A stretch of 64,000 nucleotides of DNA, from the NCBI GenBank assembly GCA_964016885.1, contig OZ024742.1:247690001-247754000 (forward strand), given 5' to 3'. The notes beneath the pieces are model-generated. The model did not search any database. It was not told where the DNA came from and saw only the letters and a list, made by a program, of their open reading frames with translations. The position numbers and the translations under genes are program-made. Below are positions 16,044-30,142 of this stretch, one piece after another (position 1 is the stretch's first letter; the number at the start of each line of letters is the position of its first letter). Origin of the DNA: Eledone cirrhosa. Lineage: Eukaryota.

Positions 16044-17040
16044 GAAAACAGGGAGAAAGAGACGTTTATTAGGAAGAAAAATATATCTTTTTCCCTTTTT
16101 ATTTCTTTCTCTCTTTTTTCTGGGTTAGAAAATTATTAAAACGAAATATTTTACTTTGTGTAAAGTGTTAAGGTATTAGTTGATTTATGTATTAATTAAC
16201 AATGGCATTTATTTATCTATTTATATATTTAACAATTGTCTATTACCGGTTTCAGCATTTTTATGCATTATCAAATGATATTGGTATAGAATGGTGGTGT
16301 TGCACATGTTAAAGAAATGGTGCAGAAAGAAAAATGTTATTTACAAACAAGGAAGTGAAAAGATAAAAGAAAAAAAGGGGCATAAAAAGTCAATGTAAAA
16401 GAAAAAAATAATGTTATTTACAGGCATGGTTCTTGAAGTTAAGAAGATCAAAATGTGTTAATATAGCAAGGGTGCTTAGTTGATCCTTGATGGAGGCAAA
16501 TGGTGGACTGGAGTTTGATATGATTTCCCTTTTTAGAGAGTTAATATGCAGGGGGGGGGGGGGCAATTCATGCTGGATGATATTTAATTTATTTAGGAAA
16601 AAGGATCAGGTAGGGTGTGAGGGAGGTAACTCTTGTAAATGTTTGATTGTTTGTTTCAGTTTTAGTTTGGTCCGAAGTTTAGTGCATTCAGTAGAGGTTG
16701 GAATTTGTTAATGAAATATGTTTCCTTATTCGTACGATGGATGAAAGTAGCGTTGTCTATGAATTTGTAAATGGGGAAATTTTAAAGTTTGGATGTTCGT
16801 TGGGTGCACAATTGGTGATATGTTCACTAAATGCAATCTTTCTGTATTCCTGTATTTTGATTTGTGATTTATGGACGGTCATTAATAAATAAATCAACTA
16901 ATACCTTAACACTTCACACAAAGTAAAATATTTCGTTTTAATAATTTTCTAACCCAGAAAAAAGAGAGAAAGAAATAATACGGAAAAAAAAATATTTTTC
17001 TTCCTAATAATCGTCTCTTTCTCCCTGTTTTCATATATAT
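16038..17040 (-). mobile_element. 5'-truncated Penelope-like retroelement with an inverted terminal repeat
   Basis: Minus strand 16685-16882 encodes MTVHKSQIKIQEYRKIAFSEHITNC...F/YKFIDNATFIHRTNKETYFINKFQPLLN (GIY-YIG C-terminus, homologous to 57755-57943); ~150-bp inverted repeats at 16040-16190 and 16888-17037; (TA)n on both sides. Confidence 0.8.
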
Positions 17041-17080
17041 ATATATATATCCTAACTCGTGTGCTTCCTCTCCACATTAT

Positions 17081-17124
<44 letters not shown>

Positions 17125-17126
<2 letters not shown>

Positions 17127-17265
17127 CCAAAAATCATACATTAATACATGTATTTTATCTGACGAGGACGTACTGGAAAAACAGCACAGTACCTTCGAAA
17201 TATATTATAATAAAACATATATTTTGATTATGTGAATGTCTTCATTTATTATTATTCTGAATAGA
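17125..17265 (+). ncRNA. Hammerhead-like motif in a short (TA)n-flanked PLE terminal fragment
   Basis: CTGACGA-GGACGTACTG...CAGTACCTTC-GAAA at 17159-17200 (GTACTG/CAGTAC stem), followed by AATAAA. Confidence 0.55.
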
Positions 17266-17582
17266 TATATATATATTAATGTAGTTTAAGCGAAAAATCA
17301 TTGCTTTCATCCATAACGGGATCTTCGATTCTTTGCTTAAATGTAATCTGTTTTTTAATAAACATTTGCTCGAGGGTTCTTATATGTTTGTTATATATTT
17401 ATACTTATCGATCCCTCTTTGGATTATAGTCTTCAAATTTATTATTATTACTATATATATATATATATAAATATAAATTCAGCGAGAATCGCATTTTAAG
17501 TAGTTAAAAAACCAGAACTAAACATATATATTAAAACGCCATACAAATATACATATATATATATATATATATACAAATATAA

Positions 17583-17652
<70 letters not shown>

Positions 17653-17876
17653 GTATATATATATATACATATATATATATATGTATATATGTATATATAT
17701 ATATATATATGTATATATATACATATATATGTTTATATATATATAATATATATATATGTATATATATATACATATATATATATGTATATATACATATATG
17801 TATATATACATATATATATAATAGATACATATATAACTTATAATATATAGATATATAAATATATATATATATATAT

Positions 17877-18052
17877 AATTGTTTCTACTTTAGGCACAGG
17901 GCAGCAATTATCCAGTGTATTACTGGTACTTTATTTTATCGACCCCGTAAGGATGAAAGGCAAAGTCAACCTCGGCGGGATTTGAACTCAGATTGTAAAG
18001 GGACGTAACTCTGCTGGAAAGCATGGCGACCGACTCTCTACCGATACTGCCC
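17877..18052 (-). mobile_element. SINE S1, near full length
   Basis: A box GGCAGTATCGGTAGA, B box GAGTTCAAATCC, core and tail all present on the minus strand. Confidence 0.9.
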
Positions 18053-18212
18053 AATTACCCAGTACATAATGATAGAAAACTAAATCCAGAAACACATATA
18101 AGACCAACAATGCCATAAACGTTAATACAAGCAGCAACATTAACAACAATAACCAACAACAGCAGTTACACTCCTACCGCTCCTCCTCCTTCTACTACTA
18201 CTACCACTGCTG

Positions 18213-18262
<50 letters not shown>

Positions 18263-18334
18263 GCAACTTGTTTTCTTTTTCTTCTTCATCATTCTCATTA
18301 TCATCATCATGAAAATCAACATCAACATCAAGGA

Positions 18335-20731
18335 AGAGGTGGAGATGTCGTAGCCTGAGCGCGTGTCTGCGCATCATCAGCCACGGCATGCCAAGCCCTC
18401 CACGTAGCGGGTGTTGACAGCAGAAGGAGTGCCTGACCATCGGAGCGCTCCCTTCTACAAAAAGCGAAAGAGCAAACGCTCCAACGCAGTCAAGCGGGGC
18501 TTAGGACAATGTACGTCGGTCAGGCGGTAGTAGATGACGGACGCGATGTACGTGTTAGCCCCCTCCGCTCGACATTTCAGGGATAGCTTCCTCTCCGTCC
18601 ATTTCTGGGTGAGAGAAGCCACCTGCTCCTCACCTCGTCCCAGTTTTTGTCCGTCTGGAGGTCCGGACCGAACCAGACCCCTAGCAATTTAACCGGTCCG
18701 TCCGTCCAGCGCCCGACGACGCTGTTGGACGGCATGGACCTGCCTCTCCAGGTGCCGAGCTGCAGGCCCACTGACTTTTCCTGGTTGATCATTGCTCCTG
18801 TCACCGCTTCGCATTCTCTTAGTGTAGTGCCGATCGCCTCGATTTGTTTGGCGTTAGACACCAATACGGTGACATCGTCCGCATATGCTGACACGGATAT
18901 TCCGCATCCTAGTTCGCGTAGGATCCCCCTCCACGTCTCCAGTTTGTGTACTAATGGCTCGAGAGTCAATACGTACAAGAGAGGCGAGAGGGGACATCCT
19001 TGGCGGACCGAGCGCATGATGTTGAACCGTCCCGAAAGGTGACCGTTCACTCTTACCACAGAGCAGATGCATGGCAGCGATCCAGCCTCTGAAAACGGGC
19101 CCAAAGCCAGCTGTCCTCAGGACTGCCGCTAGGTAACGATGGTCGACCTTATCGAAAGCTTTCGACTGATCTAAATTGATCAAGGACCCACCCGTGCCAG
19201 GTTCCCTAGCTACCCTCTCTACGATGTATTGCATGAGGTGGAGGTTGTCGTGGATGGATCTATCGGGAATGGCGCATGTCTGCGCCTCTCACACCAGACC
19301 ACCAACGACAAGCGCCAACCTCTTTGCTAGCACCTTGGCCACAAACTCGAACTCTGTGTTTAGCAGTGTTATGGGCCTGAAATTATCTATGTTATCCCCC
19401 TTGTTCGGATCCTTTCTCAGCAGCGCCACCGCTCCACGGCTCACAGAGCTGGGAATTCTCCCGTTCTGTTGCCAGTTGCAGTAGACGTCCGCCAAGAGAC
19501 CCCCGAACAAGTCTGGAATCTGTACGTAAAGTTCATAGGGCAGACCATCCAAACCAGGCGATTTACCCCTTGTGCAGCCAGTCATTGCCTCCCGTACTTC
19601 AGCGGCTGTTATCGGCTTTTCGCAACACTCCGCCTCAGTGGCCGAGAGCCGCGGCAGTCCGTCGAGGTAGACACTAAAGTCCATCCCTCGATCCGGCCCG
19701 CCGCTGCTCCCGAACAGCTGAGCGAAGTGTCGCTGAAAAGCTTCACACATTTTCCCGGGATCGAGTAGCATGCGCCCATCGTGGTCCAACAAAGACCGGC
19801 TTTGTTGTCCCTCGGCTCTATTTTTCTCTATAGCTAAAGTCTTACTAAACCTAATGGACTCTATTCTAATCGCTCTTTTCAGAGCAAACCACCACTTGTT
19901 GTTGACGATGGCGCCCGTCAACGCCCGCGTAACTAGTTCGCTAACCCGGTCTCTGTAGGCCTTGCGCGCTGGTAATGACGCGTTTAGCATCCAGTAGCCG
20001 GGTCCTTGTCTATGAAGCCTATCTAAGTCAACTACACAGATCACGAATGTGTGGTCTGTGTAGCTGACTATCTTGAATTCTGGACAGCCTATATTAGACT
20101 TATCTATTTCCCTACAAAATACTCTATCTAGATATGATCTGGATGGCCCGATACGATTTGTCCATGTCCACATTGGCACATTAGGGAAATCCAATGGGTA
20201 TCTGTCAGACAGTTCAAAACGCCCGAGAAGTTTGGTGAGGCTCTTGCATCCTCCTCCCCTATCCGCTAATCCCACATAGTCCCAGCGTGCATCTAAGATC
20301 CCTTTCCAGTCGCCCACTAACACTAAAGAGCGGGACGTTCCAAGAAAGGTTTCCAGACGCCGGAAGAAATCAGGCCACCCTGCTCCTGTCGGGGCATAGA
20401 CGGCCACTAGCCTGAAAGCTTGCTTGTCTCCGCTGGTGACGTCCATCACCACCAACTTACCTAATGGGTCCAAGAAGATGGCCCGAATGGCGAGATCCAA
20501 ACCTCTCCGGAAAAGCACAGCAACTCATCCCCCCGATCCAGGACGGCTAGAAGATGCGTACACATCGTAGCCGCCGAAGATCGATGCGAAGGCCCGTGCT
20601 TCGGATATTCTGGTCTCGCTGATGGCCATTACATCTATGTTTAGTGACGTGAGGTCGTTGAGCAGGTGGCTTTACTTCCATGACGACCCCAAGCCATGCG
20701 CATTTATGCTGCCTATTGTGAGTGGGGTCAT
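18335..20731 (-). pseudogene. LINE ORF2 (apurinic-type endonuclease plus reverse transcriptase), frameshifted
   Basis: MTPLTIGSINAHGL start; VAVYAP, VGDW, SYLDR, TDH and GPGYWMLN (EN/linker); KSPGLDG, FRPITLLN, DQSKAFDKVDH, VRQGCPLSPLLY, AYADD, KLLG and GGLGMP (RT), spread over several frames. Confidence 0.92.
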
Positions 20732-21059
20732 GTTGAAATGGAGTGGAAAAGACGGGAAAGACGACTTACCTTACTTCTCGTAGAGGAAGGATGGTTTCTC
20801 CATCCCTTTTTACTTGATCGTCTGGTGAATGGAGCGTTGAATTGTCCCTTCGGCTAGTCGTCGGCTCTTCTGTGAGTATATCCGAATATACTCTCCGGTT
20901 GAGTGTCCCTCCTACGTCTCTGAAATCACCAACTGCGTTGGGAATTTCATTTTAGTGTTTGTGTATTTTTTCTGTGCTATTCTTACCAGTCTTATATTCG
21001 TTGGTGCTTTGACTGGTGCTGGTATTGTGTAGTCGTGCTGTGAAATGTCTGTGTTCAAT

Positions 21060-22220
21060 TATGTAAGTCATTAGTTTCTTGTGTGTATTTATTGCTGTGC
21101 ATTTCTTTTTCTAGGGGGGACGGGGGTTCTGCTACTTTCTTGTCGTTGTTGCTGGGTGTGTGTGTTTTGTTGTTGTGTTTGCGATGTTGGTGCTTCTGGT
21201 GGTGGTGTTGAAGGTGATGTTGTTGTTGGCGGTGGGGTTGCCGCCGGTGGTGATGGTGGTGCTAGTGTGGCTGGTGATGGTGTTGGTTGTGTTGCTGCTG
21301 TAAGTCTCTTTGCAGTAGCCTTTACCCTTTTTTCATTTCTTCCCTTCCTTTTCGTAGGCGACGATGCGCGGCTTCTGCGTTTGTGCCTTCTTGCGACCTT
21401 TTACCACCCCTCTCCCACCTCACACTCCATGTCCGATTCTGTGAGGTCGGGGAGAGGTACCAGCTCCACTCTTTCACTTGTTCTTGTTGGTGATGGTTGC
21501 AATGGAGTCTCTGTTGCATCTGTAGTTGGTATTACTGTTATTGTTGTTAATACTTCCACTGCTGCTGCTGTTCTTGATTTCCGTGGCGTGGGTATGGGTG
21601 CCACGGACCTATCCTTCCTGCTTTCTGCCTGGCCTGTTGCTGGTAGCAGTGGAGCCGGTTTCGGAAGGAGCGGAGTTTTCTCCTTTCTCAGGGTCTTCTC
21701 GTTGCAGAAGGCCCTGAGGTGAGTCTTCGACCCACAGCGAAAGCATTTCGGGCGTTTGCCCTCAACACTTATGGGCAGTTGAGTGCCGTTATCGAAGTCT
21801 ATCACATCCGGAATAGCTTCGATGCACTCCTGGTTGCTGCTGTTGTTGTTTATGCTGCTGCTGATGTTGTTGCGGCTGCTACTAGAGTTTACCTTGTCAC
21901 TGTTGCTGCTGCTGTTGTTATTACGGCTGCTGGCATGACGTCAGACGAATGAAATGGCTTACCGTATTTACCACACATATTTTTTGTCGTTGTCGTCGTC
22001 GTGGAGAAATGTTCCACGGAATGCACGTTCTCTTGGTGAAAGCTACCAGAAAATATATTTTTCTTTTTCTTTAATGGCGTCGCTTGCGAAAGAGGCGACA
22101 CCACATTTAGAGAAGGGGGGGGGGGGAGATACAATCTTCTCTCTGATGTAATGACGATCGAGGAAGAAGAAGACGAAAAAGAGTGGGAGTGACTTGTGAA
22201 AATTCTTTTTTGTAGCCATG
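21060..22220 (-). pseudogene. LINE ORF1 (gag-like, CCHC zinc knuckle), disrupted
   Basis: ORF 21401-21805 contains VEGKRPKCFRCGSKTHLRAFC (CX2CX4HX4C) followed by a P/T/K-rich tail, upstream of ORF2. Confidence 0.75.
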
Positions 22221-22444
22221 TTTTTTTTACGGTTAAAATGAATATTGGACACAAAACCCCAATAAGCGGTTATTTAACCCCGAAGGGCCAAATAACTTGT
22301 AGAAAGACCCCTCTCACGAGGAGGAGGGTGTTTTTATCTACAATTTGGTTCAAGTTTTAAACAATTTACAATTGTTATAGCGGTTAAAAATTACTATACC
22401 TTACAGAGCCGAGCCTCCGTCAACCACGGCATTCAATAATAATA

Positions 22445-22606
22445 ATAATGATTTCTTTATTAACCACAAGGGTTTACATAAAGTAGACATTAAGGACAGT
22501 GCAGGACAATGCAGGACGGTACAAATGGGCATTTCTGCGTGTAAAAAACAAAAACAGAGGATGTAACAAAAAATAACAATGAAAAATTCCCCAATAGGGG
22601 GCAGAC

Positions 22607-22608
<2 letters not shown>
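22445..22608 (-). mobile_element. Short LINE 3' end fragment with AATAAA and (ATT)n tail
   Basis: Minus strand ends ...CCCTTGTGGTTAATAAAGAAATCATTATTATT; (AAT)n on both sides. Confidence 0.5.
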
Positions 22609-22653
<45 letters not shown>

Positions 22654-23186
22654 TGATGATAATAATAATAATAATAACAGAAAAAACAACAACAACACTA
22701 GTAATAACAAACAACAACAACAACAATGGTAATAGTTTTAATAAATAACGGCAATGATAATTTCTATTAATAATAGCATTAACAATGGAACAACAGTATG
22801 ATTTAGAAATGATGTTTTATGAGGAACAGCAAAATCGTGAATGAAATAAATATTTTTTTAAACACAAATATCTCGTGTAATGTTTGAACGTATTTAATAA
22901 CTGATGTTATAAATTGTTTATATTATATCATTGTTGTTGTTCTTGTTGTTGCTGGTGGTTTATGGCTGCGATAGTGATGGTGTTGTTGTGGTTGCGTTTC
23001 TCATGGTTTTGGCGTTGGTTGCGGTGGATTTGTGGTTTTTGTTGTAGAAGTAGTGGTAGTAGTAGTAGTGGTAGTAGTAGTAGTAGTAATGTTGTTGTAG
23101 TAGAATTAGTAGTAGTGTATTGATGATACTGACGATGATGTGGTTGTAGTAATAGCTTGTACCAGTAGTAGTAGTAGTAGTAGTAG

Positions 23187-23221
<35 letters not shown>

Positions 23222-23584
23222 GTAGTAGTAGTAGTAGTAGTATTAATGTATTGTTGATGATGGTGACGATGATGTTAATGATGATGAATGATGCTGGTGA
23301 TGTTGATGATAATGATGATCATGATATCGATGTTGATGATGACAATAGTCGAATATTGATGGTTATAATGTTGATGCTGCTGATGATGGTGTTGATGCTG
23401 TGGATGATGACGACGATGATCACTATGATGAGGATGATGGTTTTGCAATCCATCATTACTTTTTGAATGTACTGTTTCAGTCATATCGAGATTTCCTCTG
23501 CAATTTGAAATATATGGTAAGGGAACAGACTCGAAGTTTTAGAAGTTTTCTATTGAATGCAGTCGTTTCTAAAAGGATGTAGCC

Positions 23585-24040
23585 ATTTCTACAAGAATAC
23601 GGTCCGTCTTTACTACAAGAATACAATCGTTTTTACAACTAAGCAATAATTTCTTCAAAGATGCAGTCTTTTCTATAAGAATTCAATCGTTTCTACAAGA
23701 ATGTGTTCGTTTTTACAAGAAAGCAGTCTTTTCTACAACTAAGCAGGCATTTCTACAAGAATGCAGTTTTTTTCTACAAGAATACAATTGTTTCTACAAG
23801 AATGTATTCGTTTCTACAAGAAAGCAGTCTTTCTACAACTAAGCAGTCATTTCTTCAAGGATGCAGTCTTTCTGCAAGAATACAATCGTTTCTACAAGAA
23901 TGCATTGGTTTCTACAAGAATTCAGTCGTTCCTACAAGTAAGCAGTCATTTCTACAAGAATGCAGTCAGTCTTTACTACAAGAATGCAATCGTTTCTACG
24001 AGAATGCATTCGTTTCTACAAGGATGCAGTCGTTTCTAAT
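23585..24040. repeat. ~20-21-bp minisatellite, about 20 units
   Basis: Consensus approximately TTTCTACAAGAATGCAGTCG, with periodic variants CTACAACTAAGCAG and CTTCAAGGATGCAG. Confidence 0.9.
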
Positions 24041-24590
24041 AGAGTATGATGTTGTGTGAGAGCTACTGAAAACTAGTTATCCATGTTTCCTTCACAGATA
24101 TGTTTAACATCATTCAAAGTATCAGTGTTGTGGTCATAACACTGGCAATACTTCAGCTTATTCTATACATATAAAACCTGGAATTAAAAAAAGAGGGCGA
24201 GAAAGAAAGAGAGTGGTTGAGACGGAGAGAGAGGGAGTAACAGAGTGGGGGTGAGAGGGAGAACGTAAGTGAGAGTGAATGAGAGAGCGTTGAGGCACTA
24301 TAAACAGTAGCCAAATCTCCCTCGTATCACATACTCTTCTTTTCACAAAGGTCATATTGGGTTATGTCGGATGATATAATAACTGCTATCTGACAGTTAG
24401 TTTAAAACTCTCAAAGTCCTATATACCAATATAGACAAAAGTTTAAATAATGATGAGGATGATGAGGAATATGATGAGGATGGTGATGATAATGATGATG
24501 GCGATGATGCTGATAACGATGATGATGAGGATGACGACAAAAATAACGAGGATGACAACATATATGTAGTAGTGCAACAATAACTTCGTT

Positions 24591-24774
24591 GGATTGGCAA
24601 TATCGGTAGAGCGTCAGTCACAATGCTTTGCTGCATAGAGTTATGGCTCTTTACGTTCTGAGTTCAAATCCCGATGAGATTAACTTTGCCTTTCACCCTT
24701 ACGGGGAGGATAAAATAAAGCACCAATAATGCACTGGGGAAATTGCTGGCCTTGTGCCAAAAGTAGAAACAATT
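24591..24774 (+). mobile_element. SINE S1, full length
   Basis: GGATTGGCAATATCGGTAGAG...GAGTTCAAATCCC...GTAGAAACAATT. Confidence 0.88.
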
Positions 24775-24914
24775 ATTACAATTACCAACATCATCATAAC
24801 TAACACCAGCACCACGAGAACAACAGCAAGCAGCATCAACACCATCATCACAAGCACTACCACAATCATCATCACGAACACCACCATCGTCACCACAACC
24901 ACCACGATCTGTTA

Positions 24915-26330
24915 ACCTAGTCACAAACCTATCTAAATACGATATATGTGACTCTATGCGATTGTTCAATGTCCGCACTGTCGCATTCCGGAAATGTAGT
25001 CGATACCTGTCTGACAATTAGTATCGAGTGGTCAGGTTTTGGAGGGTTTTGCCCGCTACTTCCATCAGCTACTTGCACACTGGCGAAAGTGTGCGTCTGA
25101 GATGCCGTTCCCGTCCCTCGCAAATGGTAATGTGTGAGAAGTTCCTAAAAATGCAGCTAGACGCCTGAAGAAATCCAGACATCCTGCCTCAGTCAGAGCA
25201 TAAACAGCAACCATGTTAAAAGGACCACCTTCACTATTGCTCATATTAAGGACCTTCAACGTACCGTCGGTCTCCAGGAAGATCTTCTATACCTTGAGAT
25301 CTTGAGATCGAGACCTTTCCTAAACTACATTTCCACCCTGCTTCGTTAACCGGGCCAATTAAGTGATGCCTACGTCTAAAATTGTTAAACATAGGGTCTA
25401 GTGCTTGAGAATGGGAAATACTGTCACCTCTATAGCTTTTGACCTAAGGTCACTGAACAAGCAACCTTGCTTCCAGGACGACCCCAGGCTACGTACATTA
25501 ACGCAACCTATTCTTAAGATTAGTAACGTCTTTTGCATTGGAGATTATTACGTCGCAGAGGAAGCTCTCCCTGATGTTTTTATTTGTGTGGCACAAGAGA
25601 GGTGCGTAAAATCAATAATGTTTATGGCACATTAAACATTGCTGTTGCCAGAAATGAAACATTCTCGCTCAATATCCTCAATTCGTGCTATTAGAGCCAT
25701 CACTTCTACATGGGTCTTCATCATTGCCACGACGTGTCAGTGTTGTTGGTTGTTATTGTTTCGTGGCTTTTCTATGTGTGGGTATATGTTTTTGTGTGGT
25801 AGCTCTGCTGCTAGTGGTGGTGGTGGTGGTGGTAGCGGTGGTTGTATTGACGGCTGTGGTTGTTTTAGATGTGTCTGTATTTGCTGTGAGTGCGTTTACT
25901 GTGTTTTACTGGCGTGTGTATTGGTATAACGCAAGATGCTTTTTGTTTCTTTCGTTTGGTGGTTGGCCCTCACTTTTAATTCGAGATGAGTGGGTACTGG
26001 AGTCAGCGGAATCCGTCTCCGCTATGACTGGAAGTGTGTTTTTGTTTCTGTAACTTTCTATGCAAGTATGTGTCTAGAAGGGAGGGGGTGAGCGAGAGCG
26101 TGACCTTCATTGGAATACAACCTGGGTGTTTTTGACGATACCTGTTGTTTTTCCTTCTACTGTTGGTGGCAGTGGTGGTGATTCTGCTGCTGCAGTTGCT
26201 GGTTTTCTGGCACTTTTGTTGACGTTGCTGCTGCGTCCGGAGCTGGTGCCACTGTTGTTGTGGTTGTGTATGAACGAATAATGGCAGAAATAAAACAAAC
26301 ACCAATAATTATTTATAATGGGAAGAAATA
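24915..26330 (-). mobile_element. Older degenerate Tx1-like LINE fragment (endonuclease plus ORF1 remnant)
   Basis: PFNMVAVYALTEAGCLDFFRRLAAFLGTS and SDRYRLHF...NNRIESHISYLDRF match AFRLVAVYAPTGAGWPDFFRRLETFLGTS and SDRYPLDF...TNRIGPSRSYLDRV in the 19-20 kb copy. Confidence 0.75.
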
Positions 26331-26442
26331 GGAGAAAAGGAGAACGTGAATAGGATGCAATAAGTCGTTTAGTGACGAGAAAGACTGAATGTTGAGATAA
26401 GCGAGAACCGACCGGGAGGCTGTATATACACTGTAATGTATA

Positions 26443-26606
<164 letters not shown>

Positions 26607-27159
26607 CCTTTTACACACACACATATGTAAATATATATATATGTATGTATATGAATGTATGTATACAGGTATTAAGGACGTTAGGGAAAAAGACAGCGGC
26701 AGTAGCAGTGGAAGAAAGAAAGAGAGAGGGAGAGAGCAAGAGAGAGAGTGAGAGAGAGAGAAAGAAAAGAAGAGAGAGAGATAGTGAGTGAGAGGAAAAA
26801 AATCTGCTGATGTGGTACAAAACACCCACAAATATTCACAGACGTGATATTAACTGAAATAGTGAAATGTATTATACCCACCAACTCTTTCCGCCTCTTT
26901 TGCAGTGCTGACCCCGAAAAACTAAGTATGTGGCTGCAATCTTGCAGAACCTTAAGGAAATTGGATAATCGCTTATTTAAGTTGGCAAATATCTTCAACG
27001 TTTTTCACCCACCGCATCTTCGAGGCAACCAATAGTGCATGCAATCTTACCAACGCTGTGCATATACGTCGTTTAGTGTGTGTGTGTGTATGTGTACGTC
27101 TGCGTGTGTGTGTGTACGTCTGCGTGTGTATGTGTTAGTGTGTGTGTGTTTTTGTGTGA

Positions 27160-27201
<42 letters not shown>

Positions 27202-27364
27202 ATCGTTTTTCTGGGTGTGTTAATCGCAAAATATAGAACGTTATACTCGTCTGCATGCATGTGTCTATAAATCTACCTCTGTAAATATGCTTACACACAC
27301 ACACACACTCACACGCAAACATAAACATACATACGCATATATATATTTCCATGTGTATATAAGT

Positions 27365-27845
<481 letters not shown>

Positions 27846-28373
27846 TATGGTTTTATTTGTGTGTATTTAAGTGTCGTTCCATATTGTTTTATTTATTCAT
27901 TCTGTTGGTAAGCTTCTAGAGTTTTCCCTCTATTCAGATTACACAATCATAATCTTGACATTGTGATAAGGTCGAAATCTTTATTAATTCGTTTTTTCTT
28001 TATGCTGATCTGCTCTTGGGGGTGTCTCTTTTTCTACCCCTTTCTTTCTTTATGCGTTTATCTACACTTTAAGACTGCTGATCTTACTTCTTTTTGTGGA
28101 TATATGTGCATGTATATTTGTGTATTTGTACCCACACACACACTCTCTCACACATAAACACACACACACGCGCATATATATATATATATATACATATAAG
28201 GGTGGGTGTATATATAATATACATACATACATGCACACAGACATGCATATACATATACATATATATTTATATATATATATATATATCCATATATATATAT
28301 ACTATCGTGTGCATATCTAAACTCCAAGTTATACGTAATATACACACTTATGCACCACACACATTCATATGTG

Positions 28374-28545
<172 letters not shown>

Positions 28546-29182
28546 TATATATATATGCGCATGTGCGCGTGCGTGTGATTGGGAGTGCATTTGCGTGTGT
28601 GTGTGTGGTGGGTGTATGTGTTCGAAAGCTTATCACTTTCATGCAGCATAATTAGCCACACCATGGATAGATTTATAAAGGACTTTATAGTTATATTCAC
28701 GTGTTTTCAACTAAACATAACTATTAGCACCAACTGAACGGGCAGCGAATATACAACTTGATTTAACCATAGGTAAACACTACACCTCTACACATTTACA
28801 CCACGACATTATATACTTAATCATCACGAAATCCACCCACACAGAATCTCGCTTTTGTCAACTTTGCACAATCGATTAAATACGTTTCCAATCACAAGAT
28901 GTTGGATCGGTGCTTTTTTTAATGTTGGACGAAATACTTTACTGTAAATATTCCTGCTACTTGTGTTTTGAGTTTAAATCTTATCGAATTCAAAGTTACC
29001 TTCGTTCATTCCTGGGTGGATAAAATAAGTATCAGTCAAGGCCAGGGTTTTTGAGGGGTGAAATTAGTAGACAGTTAAAACAATATGAGTTGTTGTATTT
29101 GACTAACTCTGTATGTTCTAAGTACCCAGATATAAGTGGCAAATGTGTCTCTATCCATTAAAAAATCTGATCTCTCTTACAT

Positions 29183-29354
29183 AATTGTTTCTACTTTTGG
29201 GACAAGGCCAGCAATTACCCAGTGTATTACTGGTACTTTATTTTATCGGCCCCGTAAGGATGAAAGGCAAAGTTAACCTCGGCGGGATTTGAACTCAGAA
29301 TGGCAAAGGCCGTAACTCTATGCGTGAAAGTATGACGTCCGACCTTCTACCACT
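29183..29354 (-). mobile_element. SINE S1 with 13-bp TSD
   Basis: ATCTCTCTTACAT at 29170-29182 and 29355-29367 flanks this copy. Confidence 0.88.
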
Positions 29355-29367
29355 ATCTCTCTTACAT

Positions 29368-29552
29368 AATTGTTTCTACTTTAGGCACAAGGCCAGCAAT
29401 TACCCAGTGCATTACTGGTACTTTATTTTATCGACCCCGTAAGGATGAAAGGCAAAGTCAACCTCGGCGGGATTTGAACTAAGATCGTAAAGGGACGTAA
29501 CTATGCTGGAAAGCATGGCGTCCGACCCTCTACCGATACTGCCAATCCACGC
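29368..29552 (-). mobile_element. SINE S1, full length
   Basis: Complete head (GGCGTGGATTGGCAGTATCGG), B box, core and tail. Confidence 0.9.
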
Positions 29553-29569
29553 CTGACAAAAGTCAATGG

Positions 29570-29912
<343 letters not shown>

Positions 29913-29926
29913 TATATACATAGGAT

Positions 29927-30122
29927 AATGTATGACACCGGCGGCAGAGCTCAAGCCGTTTCGACGGCTATTTCTGGCTATTATGTCCAGAAATAGCCGT
30001 GGAAACGGCTAGAGCTCTGCCGTCGGGGTCATACATTTTCCTGTTACCTACTCTACTACCCTAAGTATTGAGTACTCTGGTGCGTTATGGTCCATCTGGT
30101 TCCTTACCACAACTCCTTCGTT
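29927..30122 (+). mobile_element. Family A fold-back element
   Basis: AATGTATGACACCGGCGGCAGAGCTCAAGCCGTTTCGACGGCTATTTCTGG / CCAGAAATAGCCGTGGAAACGGCTAGAGCTCTGCCGTCGGGGTCATACATT plus tail; (TA)n flanks. Confidence 0.85.
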
Positions 30123-30142
30123 ATATATATATATATATAATA

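Larger units (their letters stand above)
18330..22435 (-). mobile_element. L1/Tx1-clade non-LTR retrotransposon, decayed and 3'-truncated
   Basis: GC-rich island with a zinc-knuckle ORF1 followed by an APE-RT ORF2; 5' end abuts (AAT)n at about 22436. Confidence 0.9.

Noticed and set aside
21081-21722. 213-aa plus-strand ORF
   Set aside because: Antisense shadow of the LINE ORF1
23585-24040. CRISPR-like appearance of the repeated TTTCTACAAGAAT motif
   Set aside because: Units are contiguous with no unique spacers, there are no cas genes, and the context is eukaryotic
26681-27035. Candidate exon after a polypyrimidine tract and AG
   Set aside because: No recognisable protein motif and no convincing donor site
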